A stretch of DNA of 63,460 bases, filler included, from Octopus bimaculoides (taxonomy: Eukaryota): NCBI RefSeq assembly GCF_001194135.2. It is 5 parts of 5 records of this genome, joined end to end, with 100 filler letters (N's around TTAATTAATTAA, not from the genome) between each part and the next. Parts side by side here need not be neighbours in the genome. Positions count along the whole stretch, not along the records: positions 1 to 23,243 come from NC_068994.1; 4 more parts are not named here. One strand, given 5' to 3'. Below are positions 1 through 11,883 of the stretch, piece after piece. The notes below the pieces were generated by a model. That model saw only the letters and a program-made list of their open reading frames with translations, did no database searches and had not been told where the DNA came from. Position 1 is the first letter of the stretch. Each line of letters begins with the position of its first letter. The position numbers and the translations under genes are program-made.

Positions 1-1162
1 TACAAGAAAATATCAGAGACCCTTTATATTCCATTTTCTACCATATCTTCATTTATTCAAAGATATGAAAAATCGGGAATAAGATCCGGTGCACCACGCA
101 AGATTTCCCCTAGATCTTTAAGAAAAATGAAGCAAAGATTCGAAAAAAAACGCAATGATCACCAGAAAGGAGTTGCAAGAAGATTTGTTAGCTTCAGGGA
201 CTAGTGTTACACTACGAACAATCAGCAATGAACTTCATAAGAATGAACTGAAGTCACGCTGTCCTAGAAAAACTCCACTGTTGACTAAAAGGCATAGAGA
301 TGTCTGTTTAAAATTTGTTTATGAACATAAAGATAAATCTGATACATTCTGAGAAAATATTCTATGGACAGACGAGTCGAAAATTGAATTGTATGGACGA
401 AATCCGCGTAGCCATGTTTGGAGGAAAGATGGTACTGCCTATTCACTGAAAAACACAATTCCTACTGTAAAGTTTGGAGGTGGAAACATCACGGTGTGGG
501 GGTGTTTCTCTGTAAATGGCACTGGCAATTTACATGTGATAGGTGGTAGAATGAATGCAGAGATGAACCAAAATATTTTGAATAATAATTTATGGGACTC
601 TGCAGAAAAGCTCCAGCTTTATAAAGGGTGAGTTTCACGACAGGATAACGATCCTAAGCACACGGCGAAGTCTACCAAAAATGGATTGTCAATCACAATA
701 TAAAATTATTAGAATGGCCAAGTCAGTCACCTGACTTGAACCCCATTGAAAATTTGTGGCATCATTTGAAAATTAAAATTCATTCAAGAGCCCCAACGTG
801 CATTCCAGATTTGAAGAAAATTTGTCAAGAAGAATGGGAAAAAAAATTCTAAAGAAACATGCGAGTCATTGATTAAGAACTACAAGAAGAGATTGGTTGA
901 AGTGGAAATGAATAATGGTTACGCTACGAAGTTTTAAATCAGAATTATCAGTTATTTATGTTCTGTACGAATACTTGTTTCACCCCTAAATATTTATAAT
1001 TGTATATAAATTCATTAGTTACTATAATTTATTAATTTCTTTTGCATATTCTTAGTTTATGCATGTGTATGCAAATATAGTATTGGTATATTGCATTTAT
1101 GTTCATTGGAAATTAAATAATTAAGAAAATTGACACGTACGAATATTTGTTTCCCCCCACTG
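1..1162 (+). mobile_element. Tc1-like DNA transposon, 5' end outside window, transposase disrupted by stops/frameshifts (coding remnant 1-937)
   Basis: Translation gives GAPRK (GRPR-like), WTDESKIELYG (D1, ~364), TVKFGGGNITVWGCF, QDNDPKHTAK (D2, ~640), WPSQSPDLNPIENLW (E, ~715) and GYATKF* (stop 935-937). Right TIR ends ...TTCCCCCCACTG at 1162 followed by TA. Confidence 0.95.
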
Positions 1163-1255
1163 TATATATTCACACAGACACAAGCACATTGTTGTGTGTG
1201 TGTGCGTGTGTGCCTGTAAGTGTGTGTGTGTCTGTCTGTCTGTCTGTGTGTGTTT

Positions 1256-1299
<44 letters not shown>

Positions 1300-1537
1300 C
1301 ATGTATTCCTGTAGGTTGGAAATCAACTCGTGACCGAGTAAGACCATATCCGAGATTCAATATGACCGTGCAAAAGTGATACAATTCGATAGTCAAAGGT
1401 CGTCTGTCCGAATGACCTTTGAATACCACATTGTATCCTTTCATTGTTTTATTATTACTATATTTATTTTGAATTGCTTACCTTGAATTAGGCAATTTAA
1501 AGTAGAAAAATTGAAATATAGTTATAAATTATCTTAC

Positions 1538-1710
1538 ATCATTTGTATCAAAGTGTATTTGAAGTGTATCCGTATTCATACAGTTGGGACATTCCTTTTT
1601 AATATCAGTTCGGAGTTTGAATAGACTAGTATTCAATGATTTTACGGCTGATTCTAAAGACACCACTGAAGAATTTACATCGTGAATTATGTTTTGAATA
1701 ATACTCATAT
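1538..1710 (-). CDS. PROM1-like: Prominin-like coding exon (extracellular loop 1, coiled region), phase 1 to 0
   Basis: Acceptor ttttcctttttattag|AT, donor GAT|gtaaga. 173 nt without stops: (N)MSIIQNIIHDVNSSVVSLESAVKSLNTSLFKLRTDIKKECPNCMNTDTLQIHFDTND. Joins in frame to the 3252-3347 exon; the heptad-like pattern plus Cys pair matches prominin loop 1. Confidence 0.8.
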
Positions 1711-3251
1711 CTAATAAAAAGGAAAATAAAACAATATGTTGAAAGTAAATATTTTAGAAAATATCTATTTCATTGAAGAACATAAATGTTGTTTGTATTG
1801 TAAATAATATTAGTACTATGGTGGTACCCGAGTCAGTTGAAACTAGGTAAAATGCGATACAGTATTTACTCTTTTTCTCTCTATCTTACTCTTTCCCCTA
1901 AATATTGTCATCTTACAATGATCTTTATTCTTTTCATCTAGGCAATTTTCCGTGTTACTTTTCTCCCAAATACATTCGCTTGCTTCGATGCCTTACTCTA
2001 ACTATACATTTCCTATCATACCTGGAACTTAAGATGTTTCCAACTCTTAAGATGTTTCCAATTCCAACACTTCTTGAACCTCTAACGATTTAAATTAACA
2101 TCGTACTAATATTTCCTAAATAATGATGTATTAGTTAGATATCAATTAAATATTAGTTAAACAGCATTCATATTAATAACTCATAAATAAATATATATTT
2201 CTTTATTGCCCAGAGGGGGCTAAACATAGTGTAAGTCGATTATATGGACCCCAGTGCGTAACTGGTACTTATTTAATCGACCTCGAAAGGATGAAAGACA
2301 ATACTTGTATAATACATATTTTCTTTGCTATGTGTAAACTCCTTTAATATAAACTTTTAGTACCCCCAAAAAAGAAATGCTGTATTGAACATCTATTTGC
2401 TCCGAATATCATTTATTTATTTATTTGTTTATTTATATATTTATGTACTTATCTAATTTATCTATTTGTTGTGCAAATAATTATTGTACTCTGTGTATAC
2501 AAAATTGTTTACACGGATAATTTCAAATTCCGGTTCGGAGAGGGGGAAAGTCGATTGCATCGACTCCAGTGTTTAACTGGTATTTATTTTATCGACCCTG
2601 AAAGGATGAAAGGCAAAAACGACCTTGACGGCATTTGACACAGAACGGTACAGATCGTAAAGACGGACGAAATGCCGCTAAGCATTTTGCCCGGGGTGCT
2701 TACGATTCTTCCAGCTCGTTGCTATAAATATTTACATGGATATTAAATTTTTATGGTAGGGCAGAATAATTCAAATAAAGCGGAGTGAGTATATACATGC
2801 GTTGTTGCATGCACATCGAAATTATTAACAATAATGTTGAGTTCTAACACTAATATCAAAACAAATTACCTTACTTTCTGGCAACCTTTTATTTCAGTAA
2901 ACTATGGGTGATTCAGTAGACATCAGGTAACAAATCAAAACTGAATCTGTTCGTTGTTTTTTATAACATGCTAAAACTTGATTCTGATATTTCTGAGGAT
3001 ATACTTTTAAGTGTATTTATAATTGAATATATTCAAGATTCCCCATAACTTTAGGTGTCAATCTTTAAGCTACTTTTCATCCAGTTGTATTTCAGAAATT
3101 GTACTGGTTTGTAAGAGAAACTTACTACGTAATTTTGGAAGTAAACTATATTAATACGATTTGCCGTCTAGGACAGTTGCTCGTAGTACGTTTGTTTTTT
3201 AATGAGTTTGATGATAAATTATCTGGAACGTTGTAAAAAGAGAAAACTTAC

Positions 3252-3347
3252 TTTTTTCAAACAGACGAAGATTGCTAAATTGTTCCTTAATGTGTGTGGC
3301 AGCATCAATATCGGTTTGTAATCCACCGCCAACATTTGTTCCAATAT
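3252..3347 (-). CDS. PROM1-like: Prominin-like coding exon, phase 1 to 1
   Basis: Acceptor ccttatttttaaag|AT, donor AAAA|gtaagt. 96 nt: (x)IGTNVGGGLQTDIDAATHIKEQFSNLRLFEK. GGG at the position of the vertebrate PROM1 INSVLGGGI segment (recalled). Confidence 0.8.
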
Positions 3348-3839
3348 CTTTAAAAATAAGGTTTAAAAAATACTAAGTGAACTAATTTCACTGATTAATA
3401 TAACATCAATCTAAAAGTTTATAAAAATCATACGAGAAATATTCACTTTCAAGTAAGAATCGTCATGAAAATTTGTTTATAGACTAAATCACATCAGATT
3501 TTTTTTAATGTGCATTAAGTATCAAGGAAGTATTCTGTTGGTTACACCGTTAAATTACCTTTCAACTAACAGTGCAAACACTGATTGCAATATAGGTAGA
3601 ATGTTAATGGTGGAGGGTTTTTTTTCAAATCTGGGAGAAAATATTAAAAGGAGTAAATATGTATCTACTCAATAAAAAGGGTCCGTTACTTTATTTTTTA
3701 CCTTTTGACATCAAGTATTCAGATCCCATCCTGGATGCATTGCAGAACAAGTGAAATGAAAGGACCAAAATAAAAACAGTGCATAAAAGGGGTACTAGAC
3801 TCCCATTTAAAACATAAGATCTACCTTAGCTGCTGTATA

Positions 3840-6800
3840 CTAGCAGAAAGGCCGCCCCTCTGTACGGTTTTATGCTACTTACTTGATAATGTTTTCACAT
3901 TTGATTCCCAATTCTAATAATTTTTATGTTATTTTACGTCTAATTATTTATTTGTATAATAGTGCTCACTTGCGTAGTAAATATTGCTTTCATTATTTTG
4001 CTTTCATTATTTTACCACAGTCATAATCTCTGTAGTCCAATTACAGAGGTGGGAGCACTTTGTTAAGTTTTACTTTCCTTTCAAAGCAACATAGAGATTT
4101 CAGCTCAGCAGTCAATCTGTAAGCTTTGCAGTGTGTGTGCGAGGGAGAGAGGCGGGGGAGAGAGAACATTGCAAACAATGAATGAAATAAACAGGAAATG
4201 AAAAATTCGTATAAACAAAAGGGCATAACTACAGATGTTAATGCCCCGACTTTGTTGCCTCATAACATCCAGAAAACGGATACTTTTAACAATGTTTTTT
4301 ACAAATGCCACTTAGATGTTGTGGCTTCAGAGTATATAGGGATTTATGGAAAAGAATTTTCCCGAGGAGTGCAGAGAGGAGTTTGGAAAAATTCACGCGA
4401 TCCGACTTTTTCCCTCATAACTTCCAGAAAATTGGTATTTCTTTATTGAAAGTTTATACAAATACCGTTGAAACAGCACGGATTACGATTATAAAGAAAT
4501 GTTTTGCTAAATTTTTTCGGAAGGGGTGGGTAGAGGAGCTTCAGATCAGGAAGACCAAATATGTTAGAACTACTGTTTTGATGGGAATTTTCCCACTTTT
4601 TTAAACAAGTCTTCCAAATGATGGGGTAGGGTGGGGGCATCTTTGTATGCGAAAAAGTTTTGAAAAATCCACTCTCCCATCATCCCACTCAACACTTATT
4701 TTGGCCAACTTTTGTAGCACTTCAAAACCACGGGAGGAGCCTTTACGATAAAAATATCGTTAATGTTTTCAGAGGGAGAAGTGAGTTATTTAAGGGAGAT
4801 TTGGTTGTTGTTTCTAGCACATCCCAAGACAACCCTACATGTTTCTTTATCACTCTCGCAGGTATTGATGTTTTTCAATAATTTTCTCCCTTTGAATAAA
4901 TACATTTATATGCTAAAGAAAAGAAAATTTGAAAAATACTGAATTTTTTGCAATCCCACACCCTGCCCCCGATTGTTTCTGTTAATAAATTAAAATACTG
5001 GAGAACCTGCGGTCATTGCTGACATTTATACACAGTAATTTAAAGATAATTCATTTTAATAGCATACTTTTCTGTTAGAAAACGTTTTTTTTCTGACACA
5101 TACGCACACGGCTTCGCTTGATTGAGTTGGGATACAAATTTAAATTACAACTTTTTTGTTGCATGTATTCCACCAATGGACCACGCATGTGTTACTTTGG
5201 CATCATCATTCTATAAAATGCGTTTAATGGGAGAAAAATATTGAAAAAATATCAATAATTATGCGAGTGAAAACGGAAAGTGATTTGGGCTGTGCTAGAA
5301 ACAACAGCGAAACCTTCCCTTGAATTGTTCACTTTTTTTTTTTACTGAAAGGCTCCCATGGTTTTTAATGAAAAAATGGCTAAAAACTGTCCGGGTAGTT
5401 ATTATTGTAAAGCTTATAGCGTTCCAAACGATAACAACAAAATCATTTCTTCTTTTTTTTACAAAATTTATACTGGTATATTAAAAACAACAACCAAAAC
5501 TCCCTTGAACTGTTCACCTTTTCCTCTGAAAATATTTACATTTTTTTTTACCATAAAGCTCTTCCCATGGTTTTAAGTTAAAGAAAAAATAGTCAAAATC
5601 GGTCCGGATAATTATTATTGTGAGGTTCATAGCGTTTCAAACAGCTATAACAACAAAATCACTTCTTCGTTTAAAAAACAAATCATACCGGTATATTTAA
5701 AAAAATTTCATTTTATCAAAAATATTCATTTAACAAACTCCGGAAACTGATAATATTATTGAAATTGTGCTTCATATCAAAGTTATACAGCTATTTTGTG
5801 TAATAGCATGCTTTCATTCAACGCAAAATCACTTATAAATTATACCAGTATATAAACAAAAATTCTCATTTTATCAAAACTATTCATTTGACAAACTCCA
5901 GAAACTGATAATATTCTTGAAAGTGTGCGTCGTATCAAAGATATTCACCTATTGTTAAATTATCATTAATGAAAGTATAAGCGAAAGAGCGTGAGAGACT
6001 GTTGCAAATGAAATGGGTAAATCTCGCCTGCAACGAATTAATATTGTTTATCGTTAAACATTAACATCTACTCAGCAGAGAATGCAATGAATATTTAAAT
6101 TTGCGAAAAATTGGACGCAATGAATGCAATGAATATTTAAATTTGTGAAAAACTGGACGTAGTGAATGCAAGGAATTTGTGAAATAGTGAATGCAATGAA
6201 ATATGCAATGAATAGTGAATGCAATGAATAGTAAAATATGCAATGAATAGTGAATGCAATGAAATTTGTGAAAAACTGGAGTTCAAAAATTGAATAAACT
6301 TCAGAAATCGAAATTATAGGAAATTTCTTAGAAAATGAATTTATAAAAATATTTCCAAGCAGTCAAGACCTTAATAATTGTTTTCTTTTAGTAGTTTTAG
6401 TAACCTAATTAATAAGCAATTTTCTCCATTATAGCATAGAAGAAGTAGATAGGCCGCCGTCCGGATGGTTCTCTTCTAGCTACTCAATAATATTTCCATA
6501 TTTGATTCCCAATTCTAATAATTTTTATGATATTTTAAGTCTAATTGTATTTTTTTGTATTATAGTACTCATTTGCTTAGTAAATATTGCTTTCATTATT
6601 TTATCAGTCATAATCTCTCTTTTTTAAACAAACATCAAGGTAGTCCAACTACGTTTAATATGCCAAAAAATAGTAGCGATCACATAAAGATATTTTGATA
6701 CCTATAGCGTATCAAATTCAGCCATAGCAACAAATTCACTTGCTAATTCTTAGATAACGACGGGAAGGAAATAAGTCACATGAGTTCGAAGCTTCAATAA

Positions 6801-7279
6801 GTTTTAATCATTTGTCCAATATAATTTATTTTCAGTATGTATAAATAATAATCTGAGGACATTTACACAGCTAATTTAAGTAAAAAAAAAGAAAAACTCG
6901 ATTTCCTCATCTGAAATAACGAAATAAAACTTGAAATGAAAAAATTGCAATAAATATATATTAAATAGATTATTATTAATAAAAACAATTAGAGGCGGGA
7001 GAGAGAGAAAGTGAGAGGCTGTGTTGCAAATGAAAACGAAAACTTTTGCCTGAACATATTAATATTGTTTATCAAATGTTAAACTACTCTGCACGTAAAG
7101 CTTGGCAACAAATTCTTAAATTTGTGATAGTAAATGATAACAGTGCCTTTTTATCGATATATATTAACAGAGGAATTTATAAAAATATTCCAGAGTGTGA
7201 AACCTATAATATGGCTATTACGGAGGGTGTAACTAACTAACTATCTATCTAACAGACATCACAGAAATTTATATGTAGA
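3840..7279 (-). mobile_element. Non-autonomous Helitron (composite/tandem)
   Basis: On the minus strand it starts A|TCTACATATAAATTTCTG (TC at 7279-7278) and ends with an imperfect CCG...CGG hairpin then CTAG|T (3843-3840), i.e. inserted in an AT target with no TSD. Internal modules are duplicated (3850-4030 ~ 6450-6620; 5985-6055 ~ 7000-7075). Contains GAATGCAATGAAT-type minisatellite at ~6080-6270. Confidence 0.75.
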
Positions 7280-7690
7280 TATATACCTGAGTCAATCTGT
7301 TATATATATTTATCATTAATAATTGGTAGAACTTGGACAGATACACACATTCACACATTCACACACAAAAGTCTGGTGCTGTGAGAACAGATGGGAATGG
7401 TGTTTCCTTACTTTTACAAATATACCCAAATTTAAAATGATCTTTCATATGTGTATTTGGTGTGCAAGATTCTTGATGTGCATAATGAACCAGTGCGTGT
7501 GTTTTTTATTACCGGCATAATGCCTCTCCCAAAGTTTAATTGTATTCAAATGATTTAATATAACGACAGCATTCATCCGGCATGTGTTGAAATATGCCAA
7601 AACAAATTAATTCCTCACAAATATGTTACTTTACATATAATCTATGTGTTAATTCTATTTACTGAAACTTGCTAAAAAACATGTTTTGTT

Positions 7691-9320
7691 TCAAAGTAGT
7701 ATCTCCTTGTCGACACAATTGTCAGTAATCACAGACGTAATTGTCAATAATCATACTGTTTCCATTTCTCTCAACCAATATTTTTACATTCATTCGAATT
7801 CTAGATAATTCAACGTACAACTGACCATGTGAGAAGAATTGTGTTGGAAGATGTATTCCAATTTGTTAAAAAATCTGTGCCTTGTTACACGTCAAGGCGG
7901 AAGCTGGCTTGACAGGAAATTGTTTGCGTGTAAATGTGAATGGAAATTCCATTTCTTGAGATACATGTGATATACTTTGGATTAGCGGAGTTGATCCTGC
8001 ATAAGGACCAGAAGCAACCCCAGCCTCACTAACATGATCATGTAAACTGATAATGATGTAGCGTGTGCCATTGCAATGTCCATTAGTAGCATCTAAATTT
8101 CTAAGAAGCACTATGCATCATTTTTTTCCTTCAGTTTGAGAATGTGTGGTGGAAACCCTGATGGTGTAAGTTTGTTGATGAACTCGATTGCGTACAGAGT
8201 TCTATTATCAACTGTATCTGAGCTTCTGTATATTTTTAGCTCACCAGGGATTCTAGTCAACAGATAATCATTCACAAATTGTGCTGCTTCATTTGTAGGA
8301 GTAAAAATGATTCCATTTGCAAGCCACATAGAGTTTGTGAAGTTATTTTTTAGGTTAGCATGTACAAAATCACGTAGATCTGAAGATCTGAAAGAGTACC
8401 ACTTTCAAGGCAAAGATCATTGGGTAGTTTGATTTTGAATTCACCTAGGCTTTGTTCATCAGAAATGTTACCATTTCCTACATGAAGAAGGTAATTAACA
8501 AACTATTTTTCTATAAGAAATCTTAGATTGGTTGTCAACTCCACTACTTCCACATGATCTCAAAGAAAAGATTGCTTTAGTGTTGCATCAACTCTTTGTG
8601 ATCCGACATCATTATTTTGAAGTAGAATGTTCTCCTCTCGAGATACCCTAACCAGTCGGTCATGTGTAGCGGAAACAGAATCATGTCTACGTGCTTATTT
8701 CGATATCTGTTTCAGTCGCTTTGCCCTGGTTTCATCTGATTCAGTTGCCCGTCTTTCTGCCGTTGTGCCTTTGCTGATAAATTTTCTTTTTCAGTCGCAT
8801 ATTTTTCTTTTGGACGCTCCATGCTAAATTGCAAAATTTAAATGTGATATTTGTGTAATAGCGAAATCAAACTTTGAGTGTGCGTGCTTATTCTAGAGAG
8901 ACAATGTGAGTGTGTGTGAGAGAGAGAAAATTGCAACCATTCAATGAAAATAAACATGAAATGAAAAAATTGTATTAGTGAAAGCTCGTTAAAAACTATC
9001 TTGTTTAGTATGCTAGAAATAGCAGTGATCATGTAGTTATTATTGTAAGGCTTATAGCGTTCCAAGCAGTCATGGAAACTGACACAAGGCACAATTTCAA
9101 GAATACTATCAAAGTTATACAGCTATTTTGTGTAATAGCATGCATTCATTCATTCCGCAAAATCACTTGAAAATTATACCGGTATATTTAAAAAGCAGCC
9201 ATACCAACAAAATCACTTCTTTATTATTTTTTTTTTAAAGTTATACCGGTATTTAAAGAATTTTAATTTTTCAAAACTATCCATTTAACAAACTCCGGAA
9301 ACTGATAATATTCTTGAAAT
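7691..9320 (-). mobile_element. Internally deleted Helitron with Pif1-like helicase pseudogene (coding remnant 7691-8822)
   Basis: Minus-strand motifs LKQSFL*DHVEVVELTTNLR, YLLHVGNG, FTPTN, EFINKLTPSGFPPHILKLK, MLLRNLD..GHCNGTR, RKQFPVK...TCNKAQ, FSHGQLYVELSR and C-terminal TDNCVDKEILL* (stop 7691-7693). The 5' non-coding part 8830-9320 shares modules with 4100-4220 and 5380-5920. Confidence 0.92.
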
Positions 9321-9324
9321 TGAA

Positions 9325-9541
9325 GGCGGCGAGCTGGCAGAATCGTTAGCGCACCGGGCGAAATGCTTAGCGGTATTTCGTCTGCCACTACTTTCTGAGT
9401 TCAAATTCCGCCAAAGTCGACTTGCCGTTCATCCTTTCGGGGTCGATAATTAAGTACCAGTGAAACACTGGGTGGTCGATGTAATCGACTCTCCCCTCTC
9501 CCCACGATTTCAGGGCTTGTGCCTACAGTAGAAAGGATATT
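9325..9541 (+). mobile_element. tRNA-derived SINE family S1 (representative copy). Other copies or fragments at about 2200-2300, 2540-2715(-), 9564-9623, 19700-19905(-), 27590-27720, 33760-33908, 36060-36270, 39495-39660(-), 42100-42420, 44170-44330(-)
   Basis: GGCGGCGAGCTGGCAGAATCGTTAG head with A-box-like TGGCAGAATCG and B-box-like GAGTTCAAATTCC. The same core (GTCGACTTTGCCTTTCATCCTTTCGGGGTCGAT...AGTACCAG) recurs in at least 10 places in both orientations. Confidence 0.85.
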
Positions 9542-10161
9542 ATATCCTTGTTATACTTTATAAGGCGGCGAGCTGGCAGAAACATTAGCACGCCGGGTGA
9601 AATGCTCAGCGGTATTTCCCCCGNNNNNNNNNNNNNNNNNNNNNNNNNNNNNNNNNNNNNNNNNNNNNNNNNNNNNNNNNNNNNNNNNNNNNNNNNNNNN
9701 NNNNNNNNNNNNNNNNNNNNNNNNNNNNNNNNNNNNNNNNNNNNNNNNNNNNNNNNNNNNNNNNNNNNNNNNNNNNNNNNNNNNNNNNNNNNNNNNNNNN
9801 NNNNNNNNNNNNNNNNNNNNNNNNNNNNNNNNNNNNNNNNNNNNNNNNNNNNNNNNNNNNNNNNNNNNNNNNNNNNNNNNNNNNNNNNNNNNNNNNNNNN
9901 NNNNNNNNNNNNNNNNNNNNNNNNNNNNNNNNNNNNNNNNNNNNNNNNNNNNNNNNNNNNNNNNNNNNNNNNNNNNNNNNNNNNNNNNNNNNNNNNNNNN
10001 NNNNNNNNNNNNNNNNNNNNNNNNNNNNNNNNNNNNNNNNNNNNNNNNNNNNNNNNNNNNNNNNNNNNNNNNNNNNNNNNNNNNNNNNNNNNNNNNNNNN
10101 NNNNNNNNNNNNNNNNNNNNNNNNNNNNNNNNNNNNNNNNNNNNNNNNNNNNNNNNNNNNN

Positions 10162-10223
<62 letters not shown>

Positions 10224-10225
<2 letters not shown>

Positions 10226-10800
10226 GCCCGGATGCAGTACCAGGCAGTGACTCTCATGGCTTCTGATCTTAATTGATTGGAAGTGTTATCATGTACATTG
10301 TTTTGTCTTGGTATAAAAGATGGGCTACAGCAAATATTCTGCTTAATACCACAGATTTGCTTGTCAGTTGTTTGACTTTAACCAGTTGAGCATGTCCCTT
10401 GGTGGCTGACGATATGTGCATCTCTGATCATGAGCACAAATAGTGGGGAAGCATCATAGCCATGTGTCGATAGGAATTATTTGGGGTTTGAATAATTCAC
10501 CTTTGGAAACATTTGTGTTTTGCTCAACATCCTTAAACAAACTTTATTCAGGGACCTTTTGAGCGGAATGGGCTACTCGACCTGAAGAAAATTCTAACTG
10601 GACCTCACCTGCGAGGTCACGCGCTGTTTATCTTGATATGAGATCACCATGTCGCGCACATATGGTTGGGATGCATGTGCCTGGTGTACCCTTATCAGAC
10701 GGGTAGTCATGATGAGCATACTGGGCTTCGTATATTTTACCCCAGTGTCACTTTGATGGTATGCACTGCTTCCTCACTCTATAATAATAATGATGATGAT
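10224..10800 (+). mobile_element. ~560-bp unclassified interspersed repeat with simple-repeat tail (copy 1)
   Basis: Homologous along its length to 11333-11883 (+) and 33189-33650 (-). Preceded by (TAA)n and followed by ATAATAATAATGATGATGAT. No ORF. Confidence 0.8.
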
Positions 10801-11260
10801 TTTTTCATCATTTGTAACTGTAAAGTCAATTATTTTGCACTTTTTATTCGCTTTATCTACAACTACTAAATCAGGTCTTCTAGCGTCTGAATGTTAAAGT
10901 TCCACAACATCTTATATTTCTTACTTTCTAATACTTTACTAAGGTTCATGTTCATACCATTTATCAGTATGGTCAAAATCAATTTGAGAGGTATAGAGAA
11001 AAGAACAAAGTACCGGAACCTAGCCATTGAATTACAAAGACTATGGAAAGTGCGGGTAAAATGTATCACAGTAGTTATAGGTGTATTAGGATCTATCCCT
11101 AAAGATTTGAACAGATGGATAGAGGATATAGGCATAAATCCCAATTTAGTACAGCCCCAGAAAACAGTGCTATTAGGGACAGCTAGGATATTTAGGCGGG
11201 TTCTTGTTAGGAATTCCGTTCTCCAATAGCCTAATCTGTTGTGCGTATATGAATAACGAA
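10799..11260 (+). mobile_element. R4/Dong-clade non-LTR retrotransposon 3' end with inverted 5' segment
   Basis: Plus strand 10975-11229: KINLRGIEKRTKYRNLAIELQRLWKV...VVIGVLGSIPK...QKTVLLGTARIFRRVL, then (TAA)n tail. Minus strand 10970-10799: KWYEHEP..KVLES..KMLWNFNIQT..ARRPDLVVVDK..CKIIDFTVTNDEKI (RLE PD-(D/E)xK region). Confidence 0.9.
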
Positions 11261-11274
11261 TAATAATAATAATG

Positions 11275-11332
<58 letters not shown>

Positions 11333-11334
<2 letters not shown>

Positions 11335-11883
11335 CAATACCAGGCACTGGCTCTCATGGCTTCAGATTTTAACTGACTGTAAGTGTTATCATGCACATTG
11401 TTTTGCATTGTTTTAAAAGATGGGTTACAGCAAATATTCTGCTTAATACCACAGATTTGCTTGTCAGTAGTTTGACCTTAACCAGTTGAGCATGTCCCTT
11501 AACGACTGACGATATGTGCATCTCTGCTCACGTGCAGCAGTAGTGGGAGAGCATCATAGCCATGTGTTGAGAGGAATTCTTTGGGTTAGAATAATTCACC
11601 TCTGGAAACATAGGTGTTTCGTTCAGCATCTTTAAACAACCCTTATTCAACATCTTTAAACAATCCTTATTTTGAGCTATCCGACTTGAAGAAAATTCTA
11701 ACTGGGCCCCACCTGCAAGGTTGTGCGCTCTTTACCTTGATATGAGATCACCATGTCGCGCACATATGGTTGTGACGCATGTGCCTGGTGTACTCTTATC
11801 AGACGGGTAGTCATGATGGGTATATTGGGCTTTGTATATTTTACCCCAGTGTCACTTTGATAGCATGCACTGCTCTTTCACTC
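11333..11883 (+). mobile_element. ~560-bp unclassified interspersed repeat (copy 2)
   Basis: Begins right after (TAA)n with TGCAATACCAGGCA and aligns to copy 1 through CACTGCTCTTTCACTC. Confidence 0.8.

Noticed and set aside
1393-1422. 9-bp hairpin TCAAAGGTC...GACCTTTGA
   Set aside because: Short and isolated, with no family or functional context. Expected by chance in 63 kb.
3559-3630. 72-nt segment with good minus-strand splice signals, as a candidate for the missing prominin exon
   Set aside because: Phase 0 entry hits TGA at codon 2. The only open frame is phase 2 to 2, incompatible with the flanking exons.
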